Shown one piece after another: positions 1 through 9,856 of a DNA stretch of 45,897 bases (the first letter of the stretch is position 1; the number at the start of each line of letters is the position of its first letter). The stretch comes from Candidatus Bathyarchaeota archaeon. Lineage in GTDB: Archaea > Thermoproteota > Bathyarchaeia > RBG-16-48-13 > JAGMEO01. The stretch is taken from positions 1 through 45,897 of the forward strand of contig JAUVYS010000003.1 of assembly GCA_030602965.1 (NCBI GenBank), in the 5' to 3' direction. Below the pieces are notes generated by a model. It made no database searches and was not told the DNA's origin. It saw only the letters and a list, made by a program, of their open reading frames with translations. The position numbers were made by a program, and so were the translations under genes.

Positions 1-228
1 CATTATTGAAACCCTTACCCCTCCATGTACATTAGGCTTCAAAGGAGTCCCGTCCTTATCGCTTCCACCAGTTATTTTGAGTTTCGCTCCACGCATTTTT
101 GCGATGGATCCATCAATTGTGTCTCCGATTTTTTTTCCAACCAATGGTTGAGCTGCAGGACCTTCAACTTCAAGACTTTTTGATTTACCTGTTTCTGTGT
201 CTGATATTACAAGTTTGAACTTAGCCAT
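1..228 (-). CDS. rps6e: 30S ribosomal protein S6e (5' part; runs off window edge)
   Basis: Manual translation from ATG at 228: MAKFKLVISDTETGKSKSLEVEGPAAQPLVGKKIGDTIDG...KLKITGGSDKDGTPLKPNVHGG; follows aIF5B as in the conserved archaeal order. Confidence 0.93.
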   Translation of the reverse strand, partial: MAKFKLVISDTETGKSKSLEVEGPAAQPLVGKKIGDTIDGSIAKMRGAKLKITGGSDKDGTPLKPNVHGGVRVSIM

Positions 229-297
229 TCTTATCTCTCAGTCAATTGGTCTCATGCGATATCAACTATAGCCAAGCTTTCTATTTATTAAAGATTC

Positions 298-2082
298 TCA
301 TAGCCCCCATAGTGGATCACGTTTTCTCATGACTTCTATGAGCTTATTTAAAGCTTCAACTTCACTAGGCGAAAGTTTATTTTGATATTTCTCAAAAAGT
401 TCTTTCACATCCTCCTCAGGCACCAGCACGTACATCATATCGCCCTCATGCAAATTACGTCCTATGATTGGCTCTCTCATTGAAAGTGCAACTTGCATTC
501 CTTCGGTTGCTTCTGGTATTGGTTGTCCTTGACCTTGTATCTGTAAAACATCACCCACCGACTCACCATTGACCTTGACTAACCTGTAATTAGGCTGAAC
601 TCTTCCCGCAGTTACCTTGACACCAAATATTGCTGGTTTACTCTTTCTAAAAACGTAGCCTAGCATCACTTTTATCTCACCCGGCCTCACCAAAGATTCG
701 AATTTTCTTTTAGTCATAGCTTCTTCCTGTAAATGCACCCATTCGATGTAATCTTCTATCAGCCGGTAGATGACATTGTTCTTAAATAGTTTGACACCTT
801 TATTTCCAGCCTCTTCTTCAACATCAGGAAGAATTCGCACATTAAAAGAGAGAATTACACCCAACGTTTGAGTCTCCATCTTCACAATCGACGCTTCAAT
901 GACATCTCTTCTTGAAACATCCCCAACATCAGCCATTCTTACAGGAACCCCATTCTTCTCCAATTCACTTATCATAGCCTCCAGTGATCCCAGCGTGTCA
1001 GTTTTTAATACAACACCAACTTTGTCTGTAATTATCCTAAGTTTCTCTAACTCTTCAGCTACAGTTTCAACAAGCGTATTTACTGGATTTTTACGATCAG
1101 CAGCATATAGGGGAGCACCTGCAATGGCGTCTTCAATACCTGGAGCTGCAATCTTAACTCCTGCAGCTGCTTTCACCTCTTTTACAGGAGTGAATTTTTC
1201 GCGTGGCTCTCGTATTTCGTCGAGAGGTTTAGGTAGTAAGAGAGCTCTCACTCTGGTGACTATTGGCTTATTTTTGCCGCCAATAACTATTTTGTCTCCT
1301 TCATGTAGAACCCCGTCATATATGATAACGTTGATTGTAATACCAAGGCCTGGTTCTTCCTTTACCTCTAAGATCGTTCCTTTCGCAGCGCCTTTACTTA
1401 CTTTAAGTTTCTTTTTTATATACTGCTGAGTGAGACCGATTAAAATGGACAATAACTCGGGAATCCCTTCCCCTGTTTTGGCGCTCAAGGGAACAATGGT
1501 CACATATTTGGTGAAGTCTCTTATTCTATCAAACCGTTCAGCTTTGAAGCCAGTTCTGGAAAAGGTTCCAATTATTGTATAAATGCGATCGTCAAGTTGT
1601 TGCTGAACATTGGTGTCTTGACTTTTCAAAGATTCTAATAGAGAAACATCAGAATGGTTAACCCAACCAGGTATCGTGTCTATCTTGTTTGCAACTACGA
1701 TGAAAGGGATTTTCCTATTCTTAAGAATATCTAGACTTTCGTATGTCTGAGGTTCAAAACCCCTCAGAACATCCAGAACAAGTATTGCAATATCAGCAAC
1801 TGATCCACCACGTTTACGAAGATTAACAAAAACGCTGTGACCTGGCGTATCTATTACGAGGAGGCCTGGAATTTTGATTTTCCCGCTACTGCGCTTTATC
1901 ACCTTTCCACTTATAGCTTTCAAGGTTTTAAGGGGGAAGAAACTAGCTCCAATATGTTGCGTCATAGAGCCAACTTCACTCAAGGCAACTGCTGATCCCC
2001 GAATCTTGTCTAATAGAGTTGTTTTTCCTGAGTCAACATGACCTAGAACGCAAACAACTGGTTGGCGGATTCTAGCTGGCAA
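298..2082 (-). CDS. infB: Translation initiation factor aIF-2/aIF5B
   Basis: RQPVVCVLGHVDSGKTT P-loop, DTPGH, NKID; 594 aa, no intein-sized insert; TTG start. Confidence 0.97.
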   Translation of the reverse strand: MPARIRQPVVCVLGHVDSGKTTLLDKIRGSAVALSEVGSMTQHIGASFFPLKTLKAISGKVIKRSSGKIKIPGLLVIDTPGHSVFVNLRKRGGSVADIAILVLDVLRGFEPQTYESLDILKNRKIPFIVVANKIDTIPGWVNHSDVSLLESLKSQDTNVQQQLDDRIYTIIGTFSRTGFKAERFDRIRDFTKYVTIVPLSAKTGEGIPELLSILIGLTQQYIKKKLKVSKGAAKGTILEVKEEPGLGITINVIIYDGVLHEGDKIVIGGKNKPIVTRVRALLLPKPLDEIREPREKFTPVKEVKAAAGVKIAAPGIEDAIAGAPLYAADRKNPVNTLVETVAEELEKLRIITDKVGVVLKTDTLGSLEAMISELEKNGVPVRMADVGDVSRRDVIEASIVKMETQTLGVILSFNVRILPDVEEEAGNKGVKLFKNNVIYRLIEDYIEWVHLQEEAMTKRKFESLVRPGEIKVMLGYVFRKSKPAIFGVKVTAGRVQPNYRLVKVNGESVGDVLQIQGQGQPIPEATEGMQVALSMREPIIGRNLHEGDMMYVLVPEEDVKELFEKYQNKLSPSEVEALNKLIEVMRKRDPLWGL

Positions 2083-2186
2083 TTTGGATCTCCTTTCATC
2101 GTGAGAAATCGGTGTTTAAACGACTCTATAAACTTAGAGTTATATCAACATCTCAAGTTTGATTAAGGGTTCGAATAAACCCTATT

Positions 2187-2606
2187 CTAAGACAAAATCT
2201 CTTCAGAAGTAAAGCAGATCTTTATTTCCCTCAAAGCGTTTTCTTCACTATCAGCTGCATGGATGATGTTCTCTGTTATTGAAAGTCCAAAATCACCTCT
2301 TATTGTTCCAAACGCAGCCTTTATTGGGTTTGTGGCACCCACCATTTTTCTCATAACCTTTATGGCTTCTTCTCCTTCAATGACCATAGCCACAATAAAA
2401 TCAGAAGTAATGTGGTTGATAAGGTTGCTAAAAAACGGTTTATTTCTGTGCATCTCGTATAGGTTTTCTGCTTGCGATCGGGTTAGTCGAAGAAGTTTTA
2501 AGGTTATTATTTTTAATCCTTTGTTTTCGATACTCATTATTATTTTCCCAATGAGACCCCTTTTAACAGCGTTCGGTTTAATTATGATAAATGTCTGACC
2601 TTTCAT
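2187..2606 (-). CDS. ndk: Nucleoside diphosphate kinase
   Basis: IIKPNAV, GATNP, GTIRGDFG, NIIHAADS (catalytic His); start moved to ATG 2606, giving an ATGA overlap with the rpl24e stop. Confidence 0.95.
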   Translation of the reverse strand: MKGQTFIIIKPNAVKRGLIGKIIMSIENKGLKIITLKLLRLTRSQAENLYEMHRNKPFFSNLINHITSDFIVAMVIEGEEAIKVMRKMVGATNPIKAAFGTIRGDFGLSITENIIHAADSEENALREIKICFTSEEILS

Positions 2607-2797
2607 TCCTTTTTCGCTTTCCTCGCGTAATGAGTTGTCCATTTAAGTTTTTTTGGTTCCCTCTTGAGCACAAGCATATTTTTTCGACATTTACTTGAGC
2701 AGAACCAGTAAACTGTACTATCGGTTTTTACATACATAAGACCGGTTCCATGTTGGAATTCTTGTCCACAGAAGGAGCATTTATGTGATTTTGGCAT
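2603..2797 (-). CDS. rpl24e: 50S ribosomal protein L24e
   Basis: CSFCG...GTGLMYV...FCSSKC...PKKLKWT; start moved to ATG 2797. Confidence 0.95.
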   Translation of the reverse strand: MPKSHKCSFCGQEFQHGTGLMYVKTDSTVYWFCSSKCRKNMLVLKREPKKLKWTTHYARKAKKE

Positions 2798-2813
2798 ACG
2801 AAAATCCTCAAAA

Positions 2814-3032
2814 TTATCTGATTTTCTTAGCTTCCCTATCAGTCTCTCGCAACATGAGAATGTCACCAATCCTCACTGGGCCCTTTATGTTTCTGGATAT
2901 GATTCTTCCCTTGTCTTTTCCTTCAAGTAATTGTACACGTACTTGGTTGACCTCTCCAATTACTCCAACTCGGCCAATGACTTGAATCACTTCAGCTGGA
3001 GTTAGGAGCTTCTTTTGTTCTTTTTCGCTCAT
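2814..3032 (-). CDS. rps28e: 30S ribosomal protein S28e
   Basis: [16 protein letters not shown]...[22 protein letters not shown]. Confidence 0.96.
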   Translation of the reverse strand: MSEKEQKKLLTPAEVIQVIGRVGVIGEVNQVRVQLLEGKDKGRIISRNIKGPVRIGDILMLRETDREAKKIR

Positions 3033-3050
3033 TGGTCAACTTCGCCTATC

Positions 3051-3422
3051 CTATTTTAGTAGGCTTTCCAGTTTTGACGTAATTTCTTTAACAAGTTCAG
3101 CAGCATCACCAGACTCTATTATGCAAACAGCAGCTGCTCCAACCTTTAAACCAGTTGAGGTTCCAAGCTTTAATTTGCTTGGCACATAAATGTATGCGGT
3201 TTTTCGTTCCTCGCATAGAAGTGGTAAATGAGCTACAACTTCAGGCGGTTGTACATCCTCTGCTATATAAACCAGTTTTGCTATTCCACGTTCAATGGCT
3301 TTAGTGGATTCATTAGTTCCTTTCTTGATTTTTCCTGTGTCTCGGGCTACTTGGAGAGCTTCATAGGCCACCTCTGCAAGTTCTTTTGATACGTCAAATT
3401 TTATAAAAAATGGTTTTGACAA
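3051..3422 (-). CDS. rpl7ae: 50S ribosomal protein L7Ae
   Basis: [38 protein letters not shown]; TTG start after a GGGTGAGG Shine-Dalgarno. Confidence 0.97.
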   Translation of the reverse strand: MSKPFFIKFDVSKELAEVAYEALQVARDTGKIKKGTNESTKAIERGIAKLVYIAEDVQPPEVVAHLPLLCEERKTAYIYVPSKLKLGTSTGLKVGAAAVCIIESGDAAELVKEITSKLESLLK

Positions 3423-3426
3423 AAGG

Positions 3427-3488
3427 CCTCACCCTACTAAGATTGATCTGGCTTAAGAGTATGATTTAATATTTACTTATAAGGTTTT
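3427..3488 (-). promoter_or_regulatory. BRE/TATA promoter and SD of the rpl7ae-rps28e-rpl24e-ndk unit
   Basis: Minus strand AAAACC-TTATAA (TATA at 3477-3482); GGGTGAGG at 3427-3434. Confidence 0.6.
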
Positions 3489-3499
3489 GTAGGTTTCAC

Positions 3500-5257
3500 T
3501 TATCTATGGGCATAAAATAAAACAGCATGGTTCTTACTTAGTAAGTTAATTTTTCCAAAACCTAAACGTTCCATTTGCACAGTAGCATTTACTTTTTCAT
3601 TTTTTAAACCGGATTCACCTAAACCTATCTGGGTTGTACCAGAAGGCATCACGATCTTTACATGGATGTTTCCTTCCTCAGGTAACCAGTGTATAAGTGG
3701 TACATTCAATTTTTTTGCTTCCATATATGGTTCACTATGAAAATTGCCTTCAACAACGTTCAATCTCACTTTTTCGATTTCTATATTGAATAATTCCATG
3801 AGTCGAACAATATTATTTGACTCCAAGATTTCTAGATCTTTTTTTGAAACATAGAGATGAGCGTTACCTTTTTTTGGCATTACCTGTAATGTTCGATGCC
3901 CCTTTTCTGAATGCCCTGGAATCAGTGGTGGCTTTGAAGTGTAAATTTGTTTTTCAAGACCTCTAATTAGTAGTTTTATCGGATCTACAACTACGAAGTA
4001 TCTATTGGAAGTTGAATCAATAATTTTCCTGTTTATTGCATAAATATTTTTCCAACTTAATGTTGCATCAACAGGCTTTGGTCCTAAGTCTATCATGATT
4101 TCACGTACAGTCTCTGGAGTGATTCCCCGTTTTCTGATCGCCATTAGTGTTCCAAGTCTTGGATCATCCCAGCCTAAGAATTCACCCTTTTCTATTCCTT
4201 CACGTATTTTTGATTTACTTAATACGGATCCTGAGATCTTTAATCGTCCATAGTGTATTGCTTCAGGATAGTTCCATCCAAGGTATTCATACAAGTATAA
4301 CTGTCTAGTCGTGTTTGTTACGTGCTCTTTTCCCCTAAGTATATGCGAAATTTTGAGTAGATAATCATCTATACCGCCACAAAATGCAAATAATGGCCAA
4401 ACTCTGAATTTTTCTCCTGTTCTTGGATGAGGATACTTGTGGGTATCGATAATTCTTAATGCTGGCCATTCTCTTACAGCCGGGTTTGGATGATTAGGAT
4501 CAGTCTTTATTCTCACTACAACCTCCCCTTCAGCGTACGTGCCATCAAGCATGTGATACCATCTTGTTATGTGCTCTTCAGGTGGGAGGTCACGGCATAT
4601 ACAGCTTTTTTTCTTTACAATGAGTCTTTTGAATGTTTGTGGATCGCAATTACAAAGATAAGCGTTACCTTGTGATAATAATTTGGCAGTATAATCATAG
4701 TAAGTTTGCATCCTATCTGACTGATAGACTTCGGTGTTCCATTTAACACCTAACCAACGTAAATCATTTCGAATCCATTCATAAGCTTCAGGTATTGGTG
4801 ACTTGGTACGTGGATCTGTATCATCGAATCTCAAGGTTAGTTTTCCATTATATCGCTTAGCATATTCATCACAAAGTATGACGGCTCTCGCCCCGCCTAT
4901 ATGAAGAGCCCCATCAGGGTTTGGACAGAATCTTGTATGCACAACTGGATATTTTTCTACATTTGGTAGAGGCGGCAAATCTTTTTTTTCAGATTTAGCT
5001 TTCTCAGGTTCTAAAAGTTCAGGCCAATTTTCAATAATAAATTGTTTTTGTTCTGACAGGGAGCGAGTGTTTACTTCGTTTACTACCTTCACCACTAATT
5101 CATTAACATCTTCTGTTCCAGCTCTTAGGCCTGGTTTAATTGAAAATAATTTACCTATTACAGGCCCGACTTTTGCTTTTCCTCCATATCGCAAAGCGTT
5201 CTGAAAAGCAAATCTCTTTATTAGTTCTATGAGTTCTATGTTATTTGATTTTGTCAA
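3500..5257 (-). CDS. gltX: Glutamate--tRNA ligase
   Basis: RFCPNPDGALHIGG (HIGH variant), RFDDTDP, LRGKEH, LSKS, GWDDPRLGTL. Confidence 0.96.
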   Translation of the reverse strand: MTKSNNIELIELIKRFAFQNALRYGGKAKVGPVIGKLFSIKPGLRAGTEDVNELVVKVVNEVNTRSLSEQKQFIIENWPELLEPEKAKSEKKDLPPLPNVEKYPVVHTRFCPNPDGALHIGGARAVILCDEYAKRYNGKLTLRFDDTDPRTKSPIPEAYEWIRNDLRWLGVKWNTEVYQSDRMQTYYDYTAKLLSQGNAYLCNCDPQTFKRLIVKKKSCICRDLPPEEHITRWYHMLDGTYAEGEVVVRIKTDPNHPNPAVREWPALRIIDTHKYPHPRTGEKFRVWPLFAFCGGIDDYLLKISHILRGKEHVTNTTRQLYLYEYLGWNYPEAIHYGRLKISGSVLSKSKIREGIEKGEFLGWDDPRLGTLMAIRKRGITPETVREIMIDLGPKPVDATLSWKNIYAINRKIIDSTSNRYFVVVDPIKLLIRGLEKQIYTSKPPLIPGHSEKGHRTLQVMPKKGNAHLYVSKKDLEILESNNIVRLMELFNIEIEKVRLNVVEGNFHSEPYMEAKKLNVPLIHWLPEEGNIHVKIVMPSGTTQIGLGESGLKNEKVNATVQMERLGFGKINLLSKNHAVLFYAHR

Positions 5258-5496
5258 AAGATTTCCCTAAACCCAGAAACTTGAGCTTATCTATATGTGT
5301 GAGATATAAAATGGTGTCAAATTAAAGAATTATCTAATAACTGTGAGATACAAGGATCGCACGCGTGATAGAGCAAGTATTTTCAATCCATTTGGCTTTT
5401 ACTCTTATTTCTTTGTCTTTGCCTCCGCAATTGTTTGCATAAGTACAAATTAAAAAGTTTCATGAAGAAGATGATAAAAACCAGAAAAATCGAATT

Positions 5497-5817
5497 TTAA
5501 GTGTACATCAGACCTGATTTATCATTTTTTTGTGACTCTTTTTTCCCAAGTTTCTGTAAATTTTTAGATAAAATATCTCTTAACGACTTTACGACATTAA
5601 GAGGTATAATCACCTCTACCTGTGAAAGCCGATCAATAACAATCTTCTCTCTAGATTTTGGCTTTTCACCTAACACAAATTCAGATACCGGCTCTCTAGG
5701 ACAATCTAAATAAAAGATTAATCGATAATCGGTTGGAGTTGGTTGAACTCTAACAACATTTGTATAGACTCTTCTAAAGTCATCACTTTTCCCTAATACT
5801 ATGTTCAATTTTGGCAT
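5497..5817 (-). CDS. Hypothetical small protein, DUF3467-like pattern
   Basis: 106 aa ATG ORF co-oriented with neighbours; VYTN...PTDYRLIF...VEVIIPLNVVKSLRDILSKNL resembles the DUF3467 layout (family call is inference). Confidence 0.6.
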   Translation of the reverse strand: MPKLNIVLGKSDDFRRVYTNVVRVQPTPTDYRLIFYLDCPREPVSEFVLGEKPKSREKIVIDRLSQVEVIIPLNVVKSLRDILSKNLQKLGKKESQKNDKSGLMYT

Positions 5818-5908
5818 GATTCATCACATTAAGCTTACATGAGTCATGTTCGGAGCAATATTTTTAAAAATAAGTATATTACACTTGACAACTTAAATAA
5901 ACAGTCAG

Positions 5909-6916
5909 TTAATGTTTACGATTCACGAGGTAATCATTGAATTCAAGTAAAGCCCTCTTTGCCGTCGAGTCAGGGAAATTTGAAAGCTGTTTTTTTGCTT
6001 TTTCCCCTAATTGTATTGCCTTTACAGTAGCATAATCAATGGATCCAATGTTTTTAACGGCTTCTATTACCGACATTATCTCCTTTGGTGAAACAGAGGC
6101 GTTTCCAAGTGTAGAAAGAATTTGTTTTCTAAGATTTTTTCGGGTATTATTTAAAGCATGTAATATTATGAGAGTTTTTTTTCCCTCTCGAATATCACTA
6201 CCAACAGGTTTACCTAACTTCCCTTCGTCTGCTGTCAGACCTAAAACATCATCAACTATCTGAAACGCTAGACCACTATAATACGAAAAGTCTCCAACCC
6301 TCCTCACTTGTAATTCTGTGCCGCCACCAACTATTGCTCCTACTTGGGCCGCCGTTTTTAGGAGTGAAGCTGTTTTTTTCCCGATCATTTCAAAATATTC
6401 ATCTTCTGAGATTAATTCCTGCTTCTCGAATATCATGTCGTAAGCTTGACCTTCACAAATGGCGATAGCCGCTTTTGTGATTAGATTCAGAGCTTGAAGA
6501 ATCTGCTTCGGTTGTAGCCGCCTAGAGTCAACGAAATTAAGAACTGATTCGTAAACCTTTGCAAAAAGCAGGTCCCCAGCCGTTATTGCCATTGGAACCC
6601 CCCATTTAGCATGCACTGATGGTTTACCTCGTCTTTTAGTATCTTCATCCATTATGTCATCGTGTATGAGAGTGAACGTATGTAGTAGCTCAATAGCAGC
6701 TGCCATAGGCACAGCATCTTCAATTCGGCCACCCACCAATTCACATGATTTTAAAGTTAAGAAAGGGCGAGCTCTCTTACCTCCTGCATCAATAAGATGC
6801 CTCGAAGCTTCATAAAGTACCTTAGGTTTCCAACTCGCTCTTATGATCCTGTCCAAAAGTACATTAACTTGACTGGATGACTCTCTGAGTTGAACAGTTA
6901 AAAATTGACTTATCAT
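5909..6916 (-). CDS. idsA: Geranylgeranyl diphosphate synthase (polyprenyl synthase)
   Basis: GGKRARP, FTLIHDDIMD (FARM), RRG, GQAYD, FQIVDD, GKPVGSDIREGKKT. Confidence 0.95.
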   Translation of the reverse strand: MISQFLTVQLRESSSQVNVLLDRIIRASWKPKVLYEASRHLIDAGGKRARPFLTLKSCELVGGRIEDAVPMAAAIELLHTFTLIHDDIMDEDTKRRGKPSVHAKWGVPMAITAGDLLFAKVYESVLNFVDSRRLQPKQILQALNLITKAAIAICEGQAYDMIFEKQELISEDEYFEMIGKKTASLLKTAAQVGAIVGGGTELQVRRVGDFSYYSGLAFQIVDDVLGLTADEGKLGKPVGSDIREGKKTLIILHALNNTRKNLRKQILSTLGNASVSPKEIMSVIEAVKNIGSIDYATVKAIQLGEKAKKQLSNFPDSTAKRALLEFNDYLVNRKH

Positions 6917-8010
6917 TATCTTTTCGCCACATAATTCTCTGGGTTAAAACCTCTAACCCTTAACCATTCAGCCATTTTCCCTGTTATTACAACTGGTGTG
7001 GATTTTAACTCTTCAATATTTTTACATCCTGTAAGAAACATTGCTATTTTAAACTCGTGTATGAAAATCTTAAGTTTCTCCAGAACTTTTTCAGTGTTGT
7101 CAGTAGCCGGTTTAAGAAGAGGCATCGCAAATCCAGCCATGGACGCCCCAAGAGCTATGGACTTAGCGACCTCCACGCCATTTCTTATTCCTCCTGACGC
7201 TATTATCTGTAATTTTGTAGATTGGTGTGTCTCTACAACACTAGCTACTGTTGGAATACCCCAATCCCAGAAGGTTTGTCCCAGCCTTTCTCTTACCCCG
7301 TTTTTCATTTTTTTCGCTCTGAAATATTCAACAGCTGCCCAACTTGTTCCCCCTGCGCCAGCAACATCAATTCCTTTGACCCCTGTAGCCTCGATCTTGA
7401 CAGCTTCTTCAGCAGCGATACCAGCTCCAGTTTCCTTAACAATCACAGGTACATTAACAGAATAAACTATTTCTTGGATTTTTTGAAGTACTCCCTTATA
7501 ATTTGTCTCACCCTCTGGCTGTATTACCTCTTGTAAAGGATTCAGATGGATGAATAGTGCATCAGCATCGATCATTTCTATCGCTTTCTGCGTTTCTTTG
7601 CCGCCATATCCTTGTACTAACTGTGGTGCACCTAGATTAGCTATCAGAAAAATGTTAGGAGCTTTCTCTCTGGCTACTTGAAATGTGTATGCAAGCTGTG
7701 GTTTTTCTAAAGCCACCCTCTGACTTCCAACCCCCATAGCCAGATCCAACGTCTCTGCTGCTTCTGCTAAAGCTGCGTTAATTCCCCTTGTTTTTTTAGT
7801 TCCTCCAGTAATAGATTCAATGAGTATTGGTGCTGATAATTTATGGCCAAGAAAGGAAGTTGACATGTCTACTTCTTGAAGCGCGATTTCAGGTAAAGCT
7901 CGATGGATTAAAAACACATCTTTGAATCCCGTAGTTACTCTCCTTGCTTGAACGTCTTCTTTAATTCCTATACTTATATGATTCTCTTTTCTATCACGTA
8001 TTATTGCCAT
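6916..8010 (-). CDS. fni: Type 2 isopentenyl-diphosphate delta-isomerase
   Basis: RKENHI, TGG, GVGSQR, HLNPLQE, VKETGAG, AGAGGTSW, SGGIR. Confidence 0.96.
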   Translation of the reverse strand: MAIIRDRKENHISIGIKEDVQARRVTTGFKDVFLIHRALPEIALQEVDMSTSFLGHKLSAPILIESITGGTKKTRGINAALAEAAETLDLAMGVGSQRVALEKPQLAYTFQVAREKAPNIFLIANLGAPQLVQGYGGKETQKAIEMIDADALFIHLNPLQEVIQPEGETNYKGVLQKIQEIVYSVNVPVIVKETGAGIAAEEAVKIEATGVKGIDVAGAGGTSWAAVEYFRAKKMKNGVRERLGQTFWDWGIPTVASVVETHQSTKLQIIASGGIRNGVEVAKSIALGASMAGFAMPLLKPATDNTEKVLEKLKIFIHEFKIAMFLTGCKNIEELKSTPVVITGKMAEWLRVRGFNPENYVAKR

Positions 8011-8016
8011 TGTAAT

Positions 8017-8820
8017 TCAATCCAAAAATAGTTTTGTCCCTTTAACTTCTTCGTTTCTCATAGCTTTGAAAAGCCTATCTGGAACGTTGGCGTTCACCAT
8101 TATTATAGGAATATTATTTTCTAAAACAGGAATTATTTCAGACATTTTACCTGACATTCCTCCTGTTACATCCACATTACTTGACCCAGCAATATTATTG
8201 AGGAACCTCCTTAATTTTCTTAATGATATTTCACCAATTAATTTGGCTTCTGAATCGGTTTTGGGATCAGCTGTATACAAACCGTCTACATCTAGACCAA
8301 TCACGATCCTAGATGTTTTTACACTAGTTGCTAATTTAGAGATAATTTGGTCACCAGAGAGTATGGTGAACCCTAGTTTTTCATCAAGTACAGCATCCCC
8401 GTACATAACTGGAGTGATCCCTAAATCAAGCATCTTTTCTATGGATCTTGTTTCAAATCTTAAAATTCTTCCGTTTTCTGTTAATATGCAAGCTGATGGA
8501 GGAATTCCAACCACAGGTATTCCTTTATCTATAAAGGCATCGATTATTATTTTGTTTAAAGCCATCATTGCTTGTCTTGTCTTTGCGAAGCCTTCAAGCT
8601 GTGATGGAGTTTTGTAACCTTCCAGTATCTTATATTTTTTTGCGATAAAATGTCCAAAGGAGCCCCCGCCATGTACAACAAAAACTGAATCTACATTTGC
8701 TCTATAGATTTCTTTTATCAGCCTATTTATTGCAATTTCATTGGCAGTGAGAGGTTTTTCTTTTACTGTTATTACACTTCCTCCAAGTTTTAAGACAGTT
8801 AATTCTACTTTTGAATCCAT
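8017..8820 (-). CDS. ipk: Isopentenyl phosphate kinase
   Basis: LKLGGSVIT, VHGGGSFGH, SGDQ, DVTGGM; lies between mvk and fni. Confidence 0.94.
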   Translation of the reverse strand: MDSKVELTVLKLGGSVITVKEKPLTANEIAINRLIKEIYRANVDSVFVVHGGGSFGHFIAKKYKILEGYKTPSQLEGFAKTRQAMMALNKIIIDAFIDKGIPVVGIPPSACILTENGRILRFETRSIEKMLDLGITPVMYGDAVLDEKLGFTILSGDQIISKLATSVKTSRIVIGLDVDGLYTADPKTDSEAKLIGEISLRKLRRFLNNIAGSSNVDVTGGMSGKMSEIIPVLENNIPIIMVNANVPDRLFKAMRNEEVKGTKLFLD

Positions 8821-9785
8821 GATTTTACTCCCTCATCTACTTTACTAGATATTATTGGAGTCCCACCAGCGTTTTTGATAACTTTTGCAATCTTTTTCCT
8901 TTTTTTCAAAGGTGAAAGCGCAATCATACAACCTCCTCCACCTGCTCCAGTTAATTTAGCACCTAAAGCACCAGCTTCTATTGCTACATGGACAAAATTG
9001 TCAAGTGTCTTATTTGATACTCCAATTGCAGAGAGGAGGCCATGATTTATGTTCATTAATTCCCCAAACTTCGTTAAATCTCCAGACTTTAGTGTTTCAA
9101 TTGCTTTTGTTGTTAGGCGCCCAGCTGTTTTGATGAGTGGGTCTACTATTTTTGGGAACCTGTCTCTTCTTATTTTTACAGCTTTAACGAGATCGCCTGT
9201 TGACCTAGGTTCGCCCGTGTTTCCAATAATAATTGGTATCTTTTTTTTCACTTTTATTGGAGTGATACCTTGATTTTTTTTATATACGATTATACCACCG
9301 TTAGTGGAAATTGCTTGATCGATACCTGAAGGCTTTCCGTGAACAAACCGTTCAGCTTCAAATGATAAATCGACAATCTTTTCTTTTGTGAAGTTGACCC
9401 CAAAGAACTTGCCCACAGCAGCCACGGTTGCAACAGCTAATGCGCCAGAAGAGCCCATCCCAGCTGCAACAGGTATCTCAGATTTTATCACAATATTCAA
9501 GCCTGATTCTTCCCTCAGCTCTTTTAATGCTATTTGAGAAGCAATTCTTATTGGCTCAAGAATTTTATGACCGCCCAATCCACCATGATCAGGCTGGAAT
9601 CTATTTCCTTTAAATGATCCAGAGAAGCCAAGATTGGATGCGACGTAAATAACATTATCGTTTCGATCTTTAACACTTACCTTTACGTAACAATCAATCG
9701 CCATGACAATAGCTGGTTCGCCATAGACGACAAAATGTTCCCCAGCTAGTATGATCTTAGCAGGAGCTAATGCTATAGCTTTCAA
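8805..9785 (-). CDS. mvk: Mevalonate kinase
   Basis: PAKIILAGEHFVVYG, PVAAGMGSSG, HGKPSGID, KLTGAGGGG. Confidence 0.96.
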   Translation of the reverse strand: MKAIALAPAKIILAGEHFVVYGEPAIVMAIDCYVKVSVKDRNDNVIYVASNLGFSGSFKGNRFQPDHGGLGGHKILEPIRIASQIALKELREESGLNIVIKSEIPVAAGMGSSGALAVATVAAVGKFFGVNFTKEKIVDLSFEAERFVHGKPSGIDQAISTNGGIIVYKKNQGITPIKVKKKIPIIIGNTGEPRSTGDLVKAVKIRRDRFPKIVDPLIKTAGRLTTKAIETLKSGDLTKFGELMNINHGLLSAIGVSNKTLDNFVHVAIEAGALGAKLTGAGGGGCMIALSPLKKRKKIAKVIKNAGGTPIISSKVDEGVKSWIQK

Positions 9786-9856
9786 AATAAGTCCGCCAAA
9801 AGAACATAGATAGATAGAAAAATAAAAACCCTACAGTTAAACATTAAACTTTTCAA

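Noticed and set aside
3423-3455. Possible L7Ae autoregulatory kink-turn in the rpl7ae leader (GCCAGA...GGGTGAGGC)
   Set aside because: GA elements are present but I could not build a 3-nt bulge with both flanking stems; needs a covariance-model test
5258-5496. Short minus-strand frames upstream of gltX
   Set aside because: Under about 45 codons, no convincing start or motif
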